A stretch of 64,000 nucleotides of DNA from Polyangiales bacterium (lineage in GTDB: Bacteria > Myxococcota_A > Polyangia > Polyangiales > Polyangiaceae). Where the stretch lies: the NCBI GenBank assembly GCA_038230375.1, contig JBBRNJ010000002.1, positions 32,001 to 96,000 of the forward strand, read 5' to 3'. Position 1 is the stretch's first letter; the number at the start of each line of letters is the position of its first letter. The notes under the pieces were generated by a model. The model was given only the letters and a program-made list of their open reading frames with translations. It searched no databases and was not told where the DNA came from. Of the stretch, positions 36,314-47,582 are shown in pieces. The translations under genes were made by a program, and so were the position numbers.

Positions 36314-37861
36314 ATGACAGACCCCGACCGCACAGCCGACCGCCCCTCAGCCGATCTCGTCAAACGCGAGACCGCCGTGGAGAAGGCTCGTCAAAAAACG
36401 GCGGCCCTCGCCCTGGAGTTCGGTAAGGCCTGGGAGTACGCGCCCGCCCCCGAGACGCCGGACCACATCAAGCTGGAGGAGCGCTACCAGCTCTTCATCG
36501 GCGGGAAGTGGATGCCGCCCAAGAGCGGCAAGTACTTCGACACGGTGAGCCCATCCACGGAGCAGACGCTCGCGCAGGTGGCGGAGGGCAACGCAGAGGA
36601 CGTGGACCGCGCCGTGAAGGCCGCACGTCACGCGTACGACAAGTACTGGGGCAAGATGCGCGGCGCAGAGCGCGCGAAGTACGTCTTCCGCATCGCGCGC
36701 GCGCTGCAGGAGAAGGCGCGCGAGCTCGCCATCGTGGAGACGATGGACGGCGGCAAGCCGATCAAGGAGTCGCGCGACGTGGACATCCCGCTCGCGTCCG
36801 CTCACTTCTTCTACAACGCGGGCTGGGCCGACAAACTGGACTACGCGTTCCATGGTCGCAAGGTGCGCCCGCTCGGCGTGGCCGGGCAGGTGATCCCCTG
36901 GAATTTCCCGCTCCTCATGGCCGCATGGAAGATCGCGCCCGCGATCGCGTGCGGCAACACCGTGGTGCTGAAGCCGGCGGAGACCACGCCGCTCACCGCG
37001 CTCTTGCTCGCGCAGATCATCGAGGAAGCGGAGCTTCCGCCCGGCGTCGTGAACATCGTCACCGGCGCGGGCGAGACCGGCGCTGCGCTCGTGGCTCACC
37101 CCGACGTCAACAAGGTCGCGTTCACCGGGTCCACGGACGTCGGCAAGAAGATCCAGCGCGCGCTCGCCGGCTCCGGCAAGCGCCTCACGCTGGAACTCGG
37201 CGGCAAGGCAGCGAACATCGTGTTCGCGGATGCGCCGCTCGATCAAGCCGTCGAAGGGATTGTCGGCGGCATCTACTTCAACCAGGGCCACGTCTGCTGT
37301 GCAGGCTCGCGCCTCCTGGTCGAGGAGAGCGTGCATGACATTCTCGTGCGCAAGCTGAAGGATCGCATGGCGACCTTGCGGCTCGGCGACCCGCTCGACA
37401 AGAACACGGACGTCGGCGCCATCAACTCGCGCGCGCAGCTGGAGCGCATCAAGGAGCTGGTTCTCAGCGGTGAACGCGAGGGCGCCGAGCGCTTCAGCGC
37501 CCCGTGCGAGCTGCCCGGCAAGGGCTTCTGGTTCCCGCCCACGTTCTTCACGAACGCGTCGCAGTCGTGCCGCATTGCACGCGAAGAGATCTTCGGACCA
37601 GTGCTCACCATCATGACCTTCCGCACGCCCGACGAGGCGATCGAGAAGGCGAACAACACGATGTACGGCCTGTCCGCGGGCATCTGGACGGACAAGGGCT
37701 CCAAGATCTTCCATGTGGCCACGCGCCTGCAGGCGGGCGTGATCTGGGCGAACACGTACAACAAGTTCGATCCCAGCTCGCCGTTCGGTGGATACAAGGA
37801 GAGCGGCTTTGGCCGCGAGGGCGGGCGTCAGGGCCTTGCCGCGTATCTGGAGGTGCAGTGA
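36314..37861 (+). CDS. Aldehyde dehydrogenase (full length)
   Basis: PWNFP, KPAE, FTGST, ELGGK, catalytic GHVCCAGSR, EEIFGP, PFGGYKESGFGRE. Confidence 0.95.
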   Translation: MTDPDRTADRPSADLVKRETAVEKARQKTAALALEFGKAWEYAPAPETPDHIKLEERYQLFIGGKWMPPKSGKYFDTVSPSTEQTLAQVAEGNAEDVDRAVKAARHAYDKYWGKMRGAERAKYVFRIARALQEKARELAIVETMDGGKPIKESRDVDIPLASAHFFYNAGWADKLDYAFHGRKVRPLGVAGQVIPWNFPLLMAAWKIAPAIACGNTVVLKPAETTPLTALLLAQIIEEAELPPGVVNIVTGAGETGAALVAHPDVNKVAFTGSTDVGKKIQRALAGSGKRLTLELGGKAANIVFADAPLDQAVEGIVGGIYFNQGHVCCAGSRLLVEESVHDILVRKLKDRMATLRLGDPLDKNTDVGAINSRAQLERIKELVLSGEREGAERFSAPCELPGKGFWFPPTFFTNASQSCRIAREEIFGPVLTIMTFRTPDEAIEKANNTMYGLSAGIWTDKGSKIFHVATRLQAGVIWANTYNKFDPSSPFGGYKESGFGREGGRQGLAAYLEVQ

Positions 37862-38865
37862 TGGCCGGCGAGAAGACGAAGACCGCGACCCGCGAAGACG
37901 ACGGCACCACGCTGCCTGGCACCGCCGGTCTTCCGCGCGGTGGTCCCATCGCGCGGCACGCCGACAGCGAGGCCCCCGTACCGCGTGTGACCGTGAACAA
38001 GGCGTACAAGATGTACGTCGGCGGCGCCTTCGTGCGCAGCGAATCTGGCCGGTATTTCCAGGTCCGCGGCTCCGCCGTTGGCCACGACCCCGATCCGCCC
38101 ACGGTCAATGTCCCGCGCGCATCGCGCAAGGACGTGCGTGATGCCGTGCTCGTCGCGCACAACGCCAAGGTCGGGTGGGCGGCGCGCACGCCGTTCAACC
38201 GCGGACAGATCCTCTATCGCCTCGCCGAGGTGCTCGAGTCGCGCTCGTCGGAGCTCGAGGCTTCTCTGGTTCGTGGCGGCACGGACGGGGATGAGGCCGC
38301 CGCAGAGGTCGACGCCGCGATCGATCGCGCCGTGTTCTACGCCGGCATGGCGGACAAGGTCTCCGCGCTGGTGGCGACGCACAATCCTGTGTCGGGCCCG
38401 CATTTCGGCTTCAGCATCCCGGAGCCCATGGGCGTGATCGGCGTCATCGCACCGGAGAAGCCCACGCTGCTGGGCCTGCTCTCCACGGTGCTGCCTGTAG
38501 TCACCACGGGCAACACGGCCGTTGCGCTTGCGAGCGAGCTCGATCCGCGCACCGCGATCCTGTTCTGCGAGTGCCTCGCGACCAGCGATTTCCCGGGCGG
38601 CGTGATCAACGTGCTCACGGGACACCCGTTCGAGGTCGCGCCGATCATGGCAAAGCACCGGGAGGTCACTGGCATCGACGCGTGGCTGTCGGACGCCGAG
38701 CTGCGAACACAGGTGGAGCGCCTGAGCGCAGACAGCGTGAAGCGCACGAAGACGCACGCGCCGCGCGATCTCGAGTTCTGGCTCGGAGAGCGCCAGGGTC
38801 AGGGCATCGGCTGGGTGGAGCCGTTCCTGGAGACGAAGACGGTGTGGCACCCGGTCGGGCTATAG
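37861..38865 (+). CDS. Short aldehyde-dehydrogenase-family protein lacking the catalytic domain
   Basis: KAYKMYVGGAFVRSESGR, RGQILYRLAE, EPMGV, PGGVINVLTG, ETKTVWHP. No ELGG or catalytic Cys region. Confidence 0.85.
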   Translation: MAGEKTKTATREDDGTTLPGTAGLPRGGPIARHADSEAPVPRVTVNKAYKMYVGGAFVRSESGRYFQVRGSAVGHDPDPPTVNVPRASRKDVRDAVLVAHNAKVGWAARTPFNRGQILYRLAEVLESRSSELEASLVRGGTDGDEAAAEVDAAIDRAVFYAGMADKVSALVATHNPVSGPHFGFSIPEPMGVIGVIAPEKPTLLGLLSTVLPVVTTGNTAVALASELDPRTAILFCECLATSDFPGGVINVLTGHPFEVAPIMAKHREVTGIDAWLSDAELRTQVERLSADSVKRTKTHAPRDLEFWLGERQGQGIGWVEPFLETKTVWHPVGL

Positions 38866-39570
38866 AGCTTCGCGTACCGCGTCTTCCAGCGTGAACGCGT
38901 TCTCATAGAGGGCTCGGCCTACGACGACCGCGGCGATCTTCGCGTCACGAAGCGCGCGTATATGCGCGAGCGTTCCCACGCCGCCAGACGCAATGACCTC
39001 CGCCTTGGTCGCGGCCTGCACGGCGAGCGTCATCTCGATGTTCGGCCCCACCTGCGTGCCATCGCGCGAGACGTCCGTGTAGAGGACACCGCCGAGCGGC
39101 ACATCCGACAGCGCGTGCGCGAGCTCCACCGCCGTGATGTTCGACGCCTGCGTCCAGCCCGCCGTCTTCACGATGCCGTTCTCCGCATCGACCGCCACGA
39201 TCACGCGGCCCGGATGCTGCGTGGCGAGCTCACGCACCATCGTCATGTTCTCCGCGGCCGCCGTGCCAAGGACGACCCAGCGTGCGCCGAGCGCCAGATA
39301 GCCTTCGAACGCCTCGCGCGTGCGAACGCCACCGCCTGCCTCCACATCGGGCCCGAAGGCGGCGCAGATCGCGCGCATCGAATCTTGCTCCACCGGCGAC
39401 CCCGACTTGGCGCCGGCAAGGTCCACCACGTGGAGCCGAGTGGCGTGCTTCGCAAACGTGCGAGCGCGGGCAGCGGGATCGTCGTCGTAGACCTTCGCGG
39501 TGGCGTAGTCACCCTTGTGGAGGCGAACGCACTTGCCGGCCAGGAGATCGATCGCCGGGATGACAATCAT
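38860..39570 (-). CDS. hisA: ProFAR isomerase HisA
   Basis: IPAIDLLAGKCVRL, LHVVDL, GGGVR, YTDVSRDGT, IASGG, VVGRALY. Confidence 0.95.
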   Translation of the reverse strand: MIVIPAIDLLAGKCVRLHKGDYATAKVYDDDPAARARTFAKHATRLHVVDLAGAKSGSPVEQDSMRAICAAFGPDVEAGGGVRTREAFEGYLALGARWVVLGTAAAENMTMVRELATQHPGRVIVAVDAENGIVKTAGWTQASNITAVELAHALSDVPLGGVLYTDVSRDGTQVGPNIEMTLAVQAATKAEVIASGGVGTLAHIRALRDAKIAAVVVGRALYENAFTLEDAVREAL

Positions 39571-40229
39571 GTGCGGGCTCCCTGTGCCTGGTCGATGCGA
39601 GCGACCCACGCGGCGATGAAGGCGAGGCCCACACGCTGGCTCTTCTCGGGGTGGAACTGGACCGCGAGCACGTTCGCCTTCTGCACCGCGCAGACCAGCG
39701 GGCCCCCATAGTCCACGACGGCAGCGACGCACGCGGGGTCCTCGGGCACGGCAACGAAACTATGTGCAAAGTACACCTGTTTGCCGAAGAGCGCCTCGAG
39801 CTCCGTGGTCGGGCGGCTCGCGCCGGCAGGGCGCAGAACGGCGTTCCAGCCGATGTGCGGGAGCTTCAGCGCTGGGCGCTCTCCTTTTGCAGCGCCCGTG
39901 GGGATGCGCGCGACATGCCCCCGAAGGATCCCCAGACCATGTGACCCGGGGGACTCGGCGCTGGTATCGAACAGGAGCTGCAGGCCAAGGCAGATACCCA
40001 GGTAGGGCCGGCCCGTGTCGATGTGACGTCGTAGCGCGTCCCCGAACCCACGGCTGAGCGCGGCTGCGCCATCCCGGAAGGCGCCCTGGCCGGGGACGAT
40101 CACGGCGTCTGCACCCTCCAGAGCGGACGGGTCCGCGACGATCTCAGCCACGGCGCCACACAGGGACACCGCGCGCGCCACGCTTCGCAGGTTTCCGATG
40201 CCCAGATCGCAGACGACCACCCGTGACAT
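39567..40229 (-). CDS. hisH: Imidazole glycerol phosphate synthase amidotransferase subunit
   Basis: GNLRSV, PGQGAF, GICLGLQ, PHIGWN, YFAHSF, QFHPEKS. Confidence 0.95.
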   Translation of the reverse strand: MSRVVVCDLGIGNLRSVARAVSLCGAVAEIVADPSALEGADAVIVPGQGAFRDGAAALSRGFGDALRRHIDTGRPYLGICLGLQLLFDTSAESPGSHGLGILRGHVARIPTGAAKGERPALKLPHIGWNAVLRPAGASRPTTELEALFGKQVYFAHSFVAVPEDPACVAAVVDYGGPLVCAVQKANVLAVQFHPEKSQRVGLAFIAAWVARIDQAQGART

Positions 40230-40320
40230 TTCTGCTGACGCTAGCAAACCCCCAGGAAAAGGGTGCGTTCGCGGAGTTCGCCGTGGTAAACCCGGCCCAA
40301 CTCCCGAGGGGTCCAAATAC

Positions 40321-41616
40321 ATGAACATCACTGTCCGTCGCGCGATCACGTTTCCTTTCCTTGCAACGATGCTGGCCAGCCCATGGCTGCTCCAGTGCGG
40401 CAAGGTCCCGGTTCCGCCGGGTGTGCCCGACCCCACGGGCGGAGCGCTGGCGGCGTGTCCGGACATCTCCACTGCGGAGGCGGCGCTGAAGTCCGACTTC
40501 ACGAAGACGTTCGGCATCAGCGCCGAGGCCGGCGCGAAGCTTCGCGCAGGCGCCGCGGCTGCCATCGAGCTGAAGGGCTTCGCCGACAAGCTGGACGCAG
40601 ACCTGAAGGTCGCGTGCGGCGGTCTCGCGAAGGATCTCGGCGCCGCGGGCGAGCCGAAGGATGGCACCGACGCATGCAACATGGCCGTGAAGGCCATGGG
40701 CGACATCAAGGCGAAGATCGGCGCGGGCGCCAAGTTCGCGCTCGTGATGAAGCCCCCCATGTGCTCCGCGGACATGAACGTCATGACCGACTGCGCCGCG
40801 AACTGCGACGCGAAGATCAAGCCGGGCAGCGTCAAGGCCGAGTGCGAGCCGGGCAAGCTCTCCGGCGAGTGCAGCGGCAAGTGCGAAGGCACCTGCGACG
40901 CGAAGGCGTCCGCCAAGTGCGACGGCGAGTGCAGCGGCACCTGCGACGTGGACATCAAGGGCCAGTGCGGCGGCACCTGCAAGGGCAAGTGCGACGGCAA
41001 GACCACCGGCGCAGGCGCGTCCTGCGCGGGCACGTGCGAAGGCAAGTGCGAGGGCAACGTGAAGGCCGAGTGCAAGGGCAAGTGCGGCGGCAGCTGCCAG
41101 CTCAAGGCGAAGGCCTCGTGCGACGGCACGTGCTCCGGCAAGTGCGACGTCGAGATGAAGGCACCGAAGTGCACGGGCGAGGTCAAGCCGCCGGAGATGA
41201 GCGCAGACTGCAAGGCTCACTGCGACGCGCAGGTCAACGCGAAGATGGAGTGCACGCCCGCCACGATCAGCCTTGCCATCTCCGGCGCGGCGGACGCGAA
41301 GGCCGCGACCAACCTGATTGCGGCCGTGGAGAAGAACCTCCCCGGCATCGTGAAGATCGCCACGGGCATGGGCCCGCGCGCCGCGAAGATGGCCATGAAC
41401 GGCAAGGCCGTCATCGAAGGCCTCGAGGGCAGCATCACGGAGATCGCAAAGACCTCCGGTGACCCCGCGAAGGCCGGCATGATCGGCGGCAAGATCACGG
41501 CCTGCGTCGGTGGCACGTTCAAGGACGCCGTCACGGCAGCAGGCGGCATCAGCGCCAACGTCGACGTCTCGGTGAAGGTCCAGGCCTCCGCGTCAGGCAG
41601 CGCCTCGACCAAGTAG
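40321..41616 (+). CDS. Cys-rich secreted/lipoprotein with CxGxCxGxC repeats
   Basis: Signal peptide ending LLQC; central ECSGKCEGTC, KCDGECSGTC, QCGGTCKGKC, SCAGTCEGKC, ECKGKCGGSC, SCDGTCSGKC. Confidence 0.85.
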   Translation: MNITVRRAITFPFLATMLASPWLLQCGKVPVPPGVPDPTGGALAACPDISTAEAALKSDFTKTFGISAEAGAKLRAGAAAAIELKGFADKLDADLKVACGGLAKDLGAAGEPKDGTDACNMAVKAMGDIKAKIGAGAKFALVMKPPMCSADMNVMTDCAANCDAKIKPGSVKAECEPGKLSGECSGKCEGTCDAKASAKCDGECSGTCDVDIKGQCGGTCKGKCDGKTTGAGASCAGTCEGKCEGNVKAECKGKCGGSCQLKAKASCDGTCSGKCDVEMKAPKCTGEVKPPEMSADCKAHCDAQVNAKMECTPATISLAISGAADAKAATNLIAAVEKNLPGIVKIATGMGPRAAKMAMNGKAVIEGLEGSITEIAKTSGDPAKAGMIGGKITACVGGTFKDAVTAAGGISANVDVSVKVQASASGSASTK

Positions 41617-41636
41617 TCACGAACCACGCAATGAGA

Positions 41637-41669
41637 GCGCCGCGGTCCTGCCTGGATCGCGGCGTTTTC
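41637..41669 (+). terminator. Probable intrinsic terminator
   Basis: gcgccgcggtcc-tgcct-ggatcgcggcgt followed by a short T run. Confidence 0.6.
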
Positions 41670-41702
41670 CATTTCCCGGAGGGCCTCGTCGCGCGGTGCG
41701 CG

Positions 41703-42538
41703 CTACGGAACGAGGACGGTGCCTACGCTTCCGGGGTTTTCTACTTCCTTGAAGAGCTCTCCCTTTTCCAGTTTGCCGACGACATGGACGGCGCGGACGC
41801 CTTCGGCGATGGCGGCGAAGCTCTCTTCGACCTTCGGGATCATGCCCTTGGTGATGATGCCATCGGCGATCGCCTTCTTGCTGTCCGCCAGCGTGAGCTT
41901 CTGGATGCGTGAGGAGGGGTCGGCGATGTCGCGCATCACGCCGCGTACGTCGCTCACCAGGACAAGCGCGGTTGCGTCCAGCAGGATGCTGACCTTGTTC
42001 GCGACGACGTCCGCGTTGATGTTGTAGACGTTGCCCTGCTCGTCCGCGCCCATGCACGCGAGCACCGGAATGAAGCCCGCTCCCACGAGCAGCGAGAGCA
42101 GCTTCTCGTTCAGCCCGGTCACGTCGCCTACGTAACCGAAATCGATCGGATCGGGGCCGCCGCCCGAGACGATCTTCGGCGGGCGCCTCGTGGCGCGCAC
42201 CGTCGCCGAGCTGGCTCCGTGAAGACCCACGGGCTGCGCGCCTGCACCAAGGAGCGCCGAGCACAGATCCACGTTGACCTGACCCGCCACGGTCATCTTC
42301 ATGACATCGAGCGTGGCCTTGTCCGTGATGCGACGACCGCCCACGATGTTCGGCTCTTGCCCGAGCGCCTTCTGGAGAGCCGTGGCCTGCGGCCCACCGC
42401 CGTGCACCACCACCACCGGTTTGCCTGCGCGCGACAGCTCCGCGATGTCCGCCGCCAGGGCAGGGAGGTACGGGCCGTTCACGACCTCACCCCCCAGCTT
42501 GATGACGACTGCGCCCTTCACCTGCGACGCCGATGTTG

Positions 42539-42542
<4 letters not shown>
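41703..42542 (-). CDS. argB: Acetylglutamate kinase
   Basis: VIKLGG, VVHGGGPQ, GRRITD, YNINAD, GMIPKV. GTGA overlap with argC. Confidence 0.94.
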
Positions 42543-43605
<1,063 letters not shown>

Positions 43606-43609
<4 letters not shown>

Positions 43610-44379
43610 GCGCGCGAGGTTAGTCGATCCTTCTCGGTGTCGCCAGCAGCGGGGGATGAGGGCGCGGCCTCGGGCGCGATGGTGCCCAAGATCCAGTCCC
43701 AGAGAGGAAGCGTGACGTTGAAGTTCCAGCGCTGCATCAGCTCAGGATCGTGGTGCCGCGCATGGTGCTTGCGCAGGACGCGGACCAACCAGCGACGTCC
43801 GATGAAGCTGTCCTCCGGGAGGTGATAGCTCGTGTGCGAGAGCTCGTACGTCACCATGTAGAGCGCGGCCGTCAGAAGCATCAGCCAGCCGACGTTCGGC
43901 GTGACCAGGAAGCCCACCAGCGCGGCGAGCGGCGCCAGGCCGATCACGATGCCCACGACGCCCGCCGCCGGGATGAGCACCAGGCGCAGCTCACGCGGCT
44001 CGCGGATGGTCATCGCGTGTTCGGTGAAGACCATGTGGTGCACGGGCGTGTGTCGGTCGTAGATGATCTCCAGAAAGCGACGGCGACGATGCAGGATGTG
44101 CTTGTGCGCGCGCCACTCGAACAGGTTCGCCAGCACGAAGACCAGCGGTGGCACCAGCCACTCGAGCGGGCGCACATGGTGCACGTAGATCACGCCGAGC
44201 ACGAGCATCACCACGCCAGTGCCCGTGGTCGTGAGGAGATGGCCCCACGGGCTGTACCAGCGTGGCAGCTTCTCGAGCGCCCGCTTGCGAATGCGCTCGC
44301 TCCGCTCCGCCTGGGTCTCCAGAGCTGGCGCGTGCGGTGCGTCGCGGTTGTCGGGGGTGTGTGAAGGAGCCGCCTCCAT
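43606..44379 (-). CDS. Fatty acid hydroxylase/sterol desaturase family membrane protein
   Basis: His boxes HKHILH, HTPVHH, HTSYH, HHARHH; NFNVTLPLWDWILGT. Confidence 0.85.
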
Positions 44380-44446
44380 CCATGTACTCTGCGTTCTGCA
44401 AATACAGAACGCAAGGAAAAGCCGTTTCGCGCGGTATATTCGCTGC

Positions 44447-45622
44447 ATGGCGAATGACCCTGGCGACGACGCGGCCCGCTGGCTCGAGGACAAGCTCCCC
44501 ACGATGGAGGACGCGCTCGCCACGCTGGTCGAGAAGAACTCGTTCACCGAGAACAGGGACGGCGGGCTCGCGGTGGGCACGCTGCTCGCGGAGCTGTTCG
44601 CGAGCAAGCACGTCACGCTGGACCGCACGCCCAGCGCGAAGTTCGCGGACCACCTCACGTGGAGCTCGTCGTGGAAGCCGAAGACGGATCGGCGCATAGC
44701 GCTGGTCGGGCACCTTGACACTGTGTTCCCGCCAGGAACGTTCGAGGGCTACAAGCGCGACGGCGATCTTGCGCGCGGACCTGGCGTACTCGACATGAAG
44801 GGCGGGCTCGTGGTGATCGCGTTCGCGCTGCGCGCGCTCATGGAGACCATAGGGATGGAGCTCTTGCCCGCGCTGAAATTGATCTGCGTCGCGGATGAGG
44901 AGGTCGGCTCGCCGGAGGGCAAGGACGTCATCAAGCGCGCGATCGGCGGCTTCGATGCATGCCTCGTCTTCGAGGCCGGGCGCAAGGGTGATGCGATCAT
45001 CACGCGGCGAAAGGGCACCGGCGGCATGACGGCCATCGCGCATGGCAAGGCCGCGCATGCCGGCAACGCACATGCAGAAGGCAAGAACGCGATCTGGGCG
45101 CTCGCCCGCTTCGTGGACAGGGTGCAGGTGCTCACCGACTACGCACGCGGCGTGTCCGTGAACGTGGGCAAGTTCAGCGGAGGAGACAGCAAGAACACGG
45201 TGCCTGATCGCGCAGAAGCAGCCCTGGATATCCGGTTCGAGACGAAGGTAGATGCGGATGCACTCATCGCTGCGATCGAGTCGGTTGCGCGGGATGCTGC
45301 AGTGGAGGGGACTCGCATCGAGCTCCTTGGCGGTGTGGCGCGCCTGCCGCTCGAGCGCACGGACGCGAGCGCACGCCTCCTCTCCGAGTACGCGGTGGGC
45401 GCGGTTGCCTCCGGTCTTGGCGGCGGAGAGGCGGGCCTGATCGGCGGTGGCTCGGACGCGAGCACGTCCCACGAGATCGGCATTGCCAGTATCGACGGGC
45501 TCGGGCCGCGCGGCATCGGCTTTCACACCAAGGACGAGCAGATCGAGCGACTCACCCTGGTGCGGAAGGCCCAGGCCCTGGCGCGCTTCCTCATTCACGC
45601 CGGCCTCGCAAAAGGCGCATGA
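44447..45622 (+). CDS. M20 family metallopeptidase (glutamate carboxypeptidase-like)
   Basis: GHLDTV, GPGVLDMKGG, DEEVGS, FE, HAG, GGGSDA, FHTKDE. Confidence 0.92.
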   Translation: MANDPGDDAARWLEDKLPTMEDALATLVEKNSFTENRDGGLAVGTLLAELFASKHVTLDRTPSAKFADHLTWSSSWKPKTDRRIALVGHLDTVFPPGTFEGYKRDGDLARGPGVLDMKGGLVVIAFALRALMETIGMELLPALKLICVADEEVGSPEGKDVIKRAIGGFDACLVFEAGRKGDAIITRRKGTGGMTAIAHGKAAHAGNAHAEGKNAIWALARFVDRVQVLTDYARGVSVNVGKFSGGDSKNTVPDRAEAALDIRFETKVDADALIAAIESVARDAAVEGTRIELLGGVARLPLERTDASARLLSEYAVGAVASGLGGGEAGLIGGGSDASTSHEIGIASIDGLGPRGIGFHTKDEQIERLTLVRKAQALARFLIHAGLAKGA

Positions 45623-45666
45623 TCGGGCTCCCAAGGCGAAGCCCCGTACGCGTGTCAGAAGAGTTG

Positions 45667-46863
45667 ATGACGACCAAGCTCGCGGCGCTCGTCCCGGTCT
45701 TCTTGCTCCTGTCCGCGTCCGGATGCGCCACGCCGGGAGGCGCGGTCCCGCAGATCGCGGTGAGCCCCGAGGCCGCTGCGCGTTCGTGTATCATACACAC
45801 ATGTGGAACGCCGCCCGCGGACCTCGCAGGTGTGCCGGTGCGTCCGGACGCGCCAGCGTACGTGCATGTGATGGAGGCGAGGCACGGCGAGGACACCGCG
45901 AACGCGCCCGACGTGGAGCTGGGCAACCCGGAGATCCGCTTGCTCGTGCGTGCGCGCGTGGGCGTACCGCTCGAGCTCCTCGCGCTGGGGGATGCGGACT
46001 CGTACCGCATCGACGTGAGCGCCGCTCCCACGCTGGCGCCGCGCATCGTCGTGGGCGCGCTCGTGGGGGCTGACGGCACGGAGCGCGGCCTCATCACGGA
46101 CCGCGTGACCATGTTCCCCGCGGAGGACGGCTCTGCCACGGTGACCGTGTTCGGCCACGACGGCGCGAACGCGCAGGTGCATGCGACCACCACGTTCAAG
46201 CTCGCGCGCGGAGATCGCGCGGTCCTCGTCTCCACTACGATCGAGAACACGGGCACCACGCCGATGGACGCGGCAGACATGCAAGATCACGTCACGTGGG
46301 CCGGCATGCGGGCGTTCGTTCCTGGCGCCACGCGCGCGAACGCGGCGGTGGACGCGCGCGAGTTCACGGGGCCGTACGTTGCCGCTGTCGGTGACAAAGA
46401 CAGCGTCGCGTTCACGTCCACCGAGGGCGAGGTCGCGGCGACCCTCGACAAGACGTCGGCGCGGATCCACCTGTCACGCGCGCTCGCGCTAACGCCGCGG
46501 AGCCAGAAGAGCTTCGACCGTGTGATGGTGGTCGGCACGCGCGCGGACTCGTCCAGCGTGGTCGCAGAGCTCCTGCGCGCCTCGGGCATCCCGACCGGTG
46601 CGGTGCGTGTGAGCGTGTTCTCGCGAGAGGACGAGAGCGGCACCGCCGTGACGCCCGTCACTGCTGGCCGCCCGCAAGAGCTCATCGTGCGCGCCGGCGG
46701 CGCAGACGCGCTCACAGTGCGCATGCCCAGCGCCACGTTCGACGTGGAGCTGCCGGAGGGCACGTTTACCATCCGGTCCAAGGGCCAGCCCGAAAGCGCC
46801 GGCGTGGCCGTCACGATTCATGCGGGATTGGTCGCAAATATCAGCGTCCCGCTTGCACGCTGA
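45667..46863 (+). CDS. Lipoprotein of unknown function (beta-rich)
   Basis: Lipobox ASGC after a hydrophobic stretch. Confidence 0.65.
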   Translation: MTTKLAALVPVFLLLSASGCATPGGAVPQIAVSPEAAARSCIIHTCGTPPADLAGVPVRPDAPAYVHVMEARHGEDTANAPDVELGNPEIRLLVRARVGVPLELLALGDADSYRIDVSAAPTLAPRIVVGALVGADGTERGLITDRVTMFPAEDGSATVTVFGHDGANAQVHATTTFKLARGDRAVLVSTTIENTGTTPMDAADMQDHVTWAGMRAFVPGATRANAAVDAREFTGPYVAAVGDKDSVAFTSTEGEVAATLDKTSARIHLSRALALTPRSQKSFDRVMVVGTRADSSSVVAELLRASGIPTGAVRVSVFSREDESGTAVTPVTAGRPQELIVRAGGADALTVRMPSATFDVELPEGTFTIRSKGQPESAGVAVTIHAGLVANISVPLAR

Positions 46864-46875
46864 CCGATAGGTCAG
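46860..46875. promoter_or_regulatory. Putative TetR operator
   Basis: Palindrome CTGACC-GATA-GGTCAG 14 bp upstream of the tetR-family start. Confidence 0.6.
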
Positions 46876-46889
46876 TATATGCCTACCGT

Positions 46890-47582
46890 ATGGTATCCAA
46901 GGCCATTGCGGCGGCGCCAGAGCCCACCATGCGAGACCGCATCCTCACGGAGGCGACGCGCCTCTTCGCGGCTGCGGGGTTCGACGGCACCTCGCTGAAG
47001 GAGGTCGCGGACGCGGTTGGCCTCTCCAAGCCGGCGGTGCTCCATCACTTTGGCAGCAAGGAGGAGCTCCGCACCGCGGTGATCGAGTCCATCCTCGCGC
47101 ACTGGCACGACGAGCTGCCGCGCCTGTTGCTCGCTGCTTCCGGTAGTGGTGATCGCTTCGACGCCGTCCTTGGTGAGCTCACGCGCTTCTTCCGCGACGA
47201 TCCAAACCGCGCCCGCATGCTCCTTCGCGAGGCCCTCGACCGGCCAGCAGAGTTCGGGGCGCTTCTTCGCGGACCCGTGCGGCCGTGGTTGATGGCCGTG
47301 TCCGGCTACATCGAGGCCGGAAAGGACAACGGCAAGCACCACGCCGACGTCGACCCCGAGGCCTACGTCGTCATGGTGATGGAGATGGTCATCTTCGCGG
47401 CGGCGACAGCGAACCTGGCGCCGGCGGTGTTGCCCGGCCAGGACGCCGCGGGCCGGTGCGAGCGTGAGCTCTCGCGCATTGCCAAGTCCGCCTTGTTCGT
47501 CTCGCGGCCGAAGAAGAAGATCGCGGCGCGCCCGACCGAGCTACGTGGAAAGAGCAGTCGTCCTTCGAGGAGATCAGCATGA
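46890..47582 (+). CDS. TetR/AcrR family transcriptional regulator
   Basis: RILTEATRLFAAAGFDGTSLKEVADAVGLSKPAVLHHFGSKEEL. Confidence 0.93.
   Translation: MVSKAIAAAPEPTMRDRILTEATRLFAAAGFDGTSLKEVADAVGLSKPAVLHHFGSKEELRTAVIESILAHWHDELPRLLLAASGSGDRFDAVLGELTRFFRDDPNRARMLLREALDRPAEFGALLRGPVRPWLMAVSGYIEAGKDNGKHHADVDPEAYVVMVMEMVIFAAATANLAPAVLPGQDAAGRCERELSRIAKSALFVSRPKKKIAARPTELRGKSSRPSRRSA

Noticed and set aside
40230..41213. Apparent long N-terminal extension of HisH with PxHLP repeats
   Set aside because: Antisense reading of the Cys-rich lipoprotein; HisH motifs begin at 40229.
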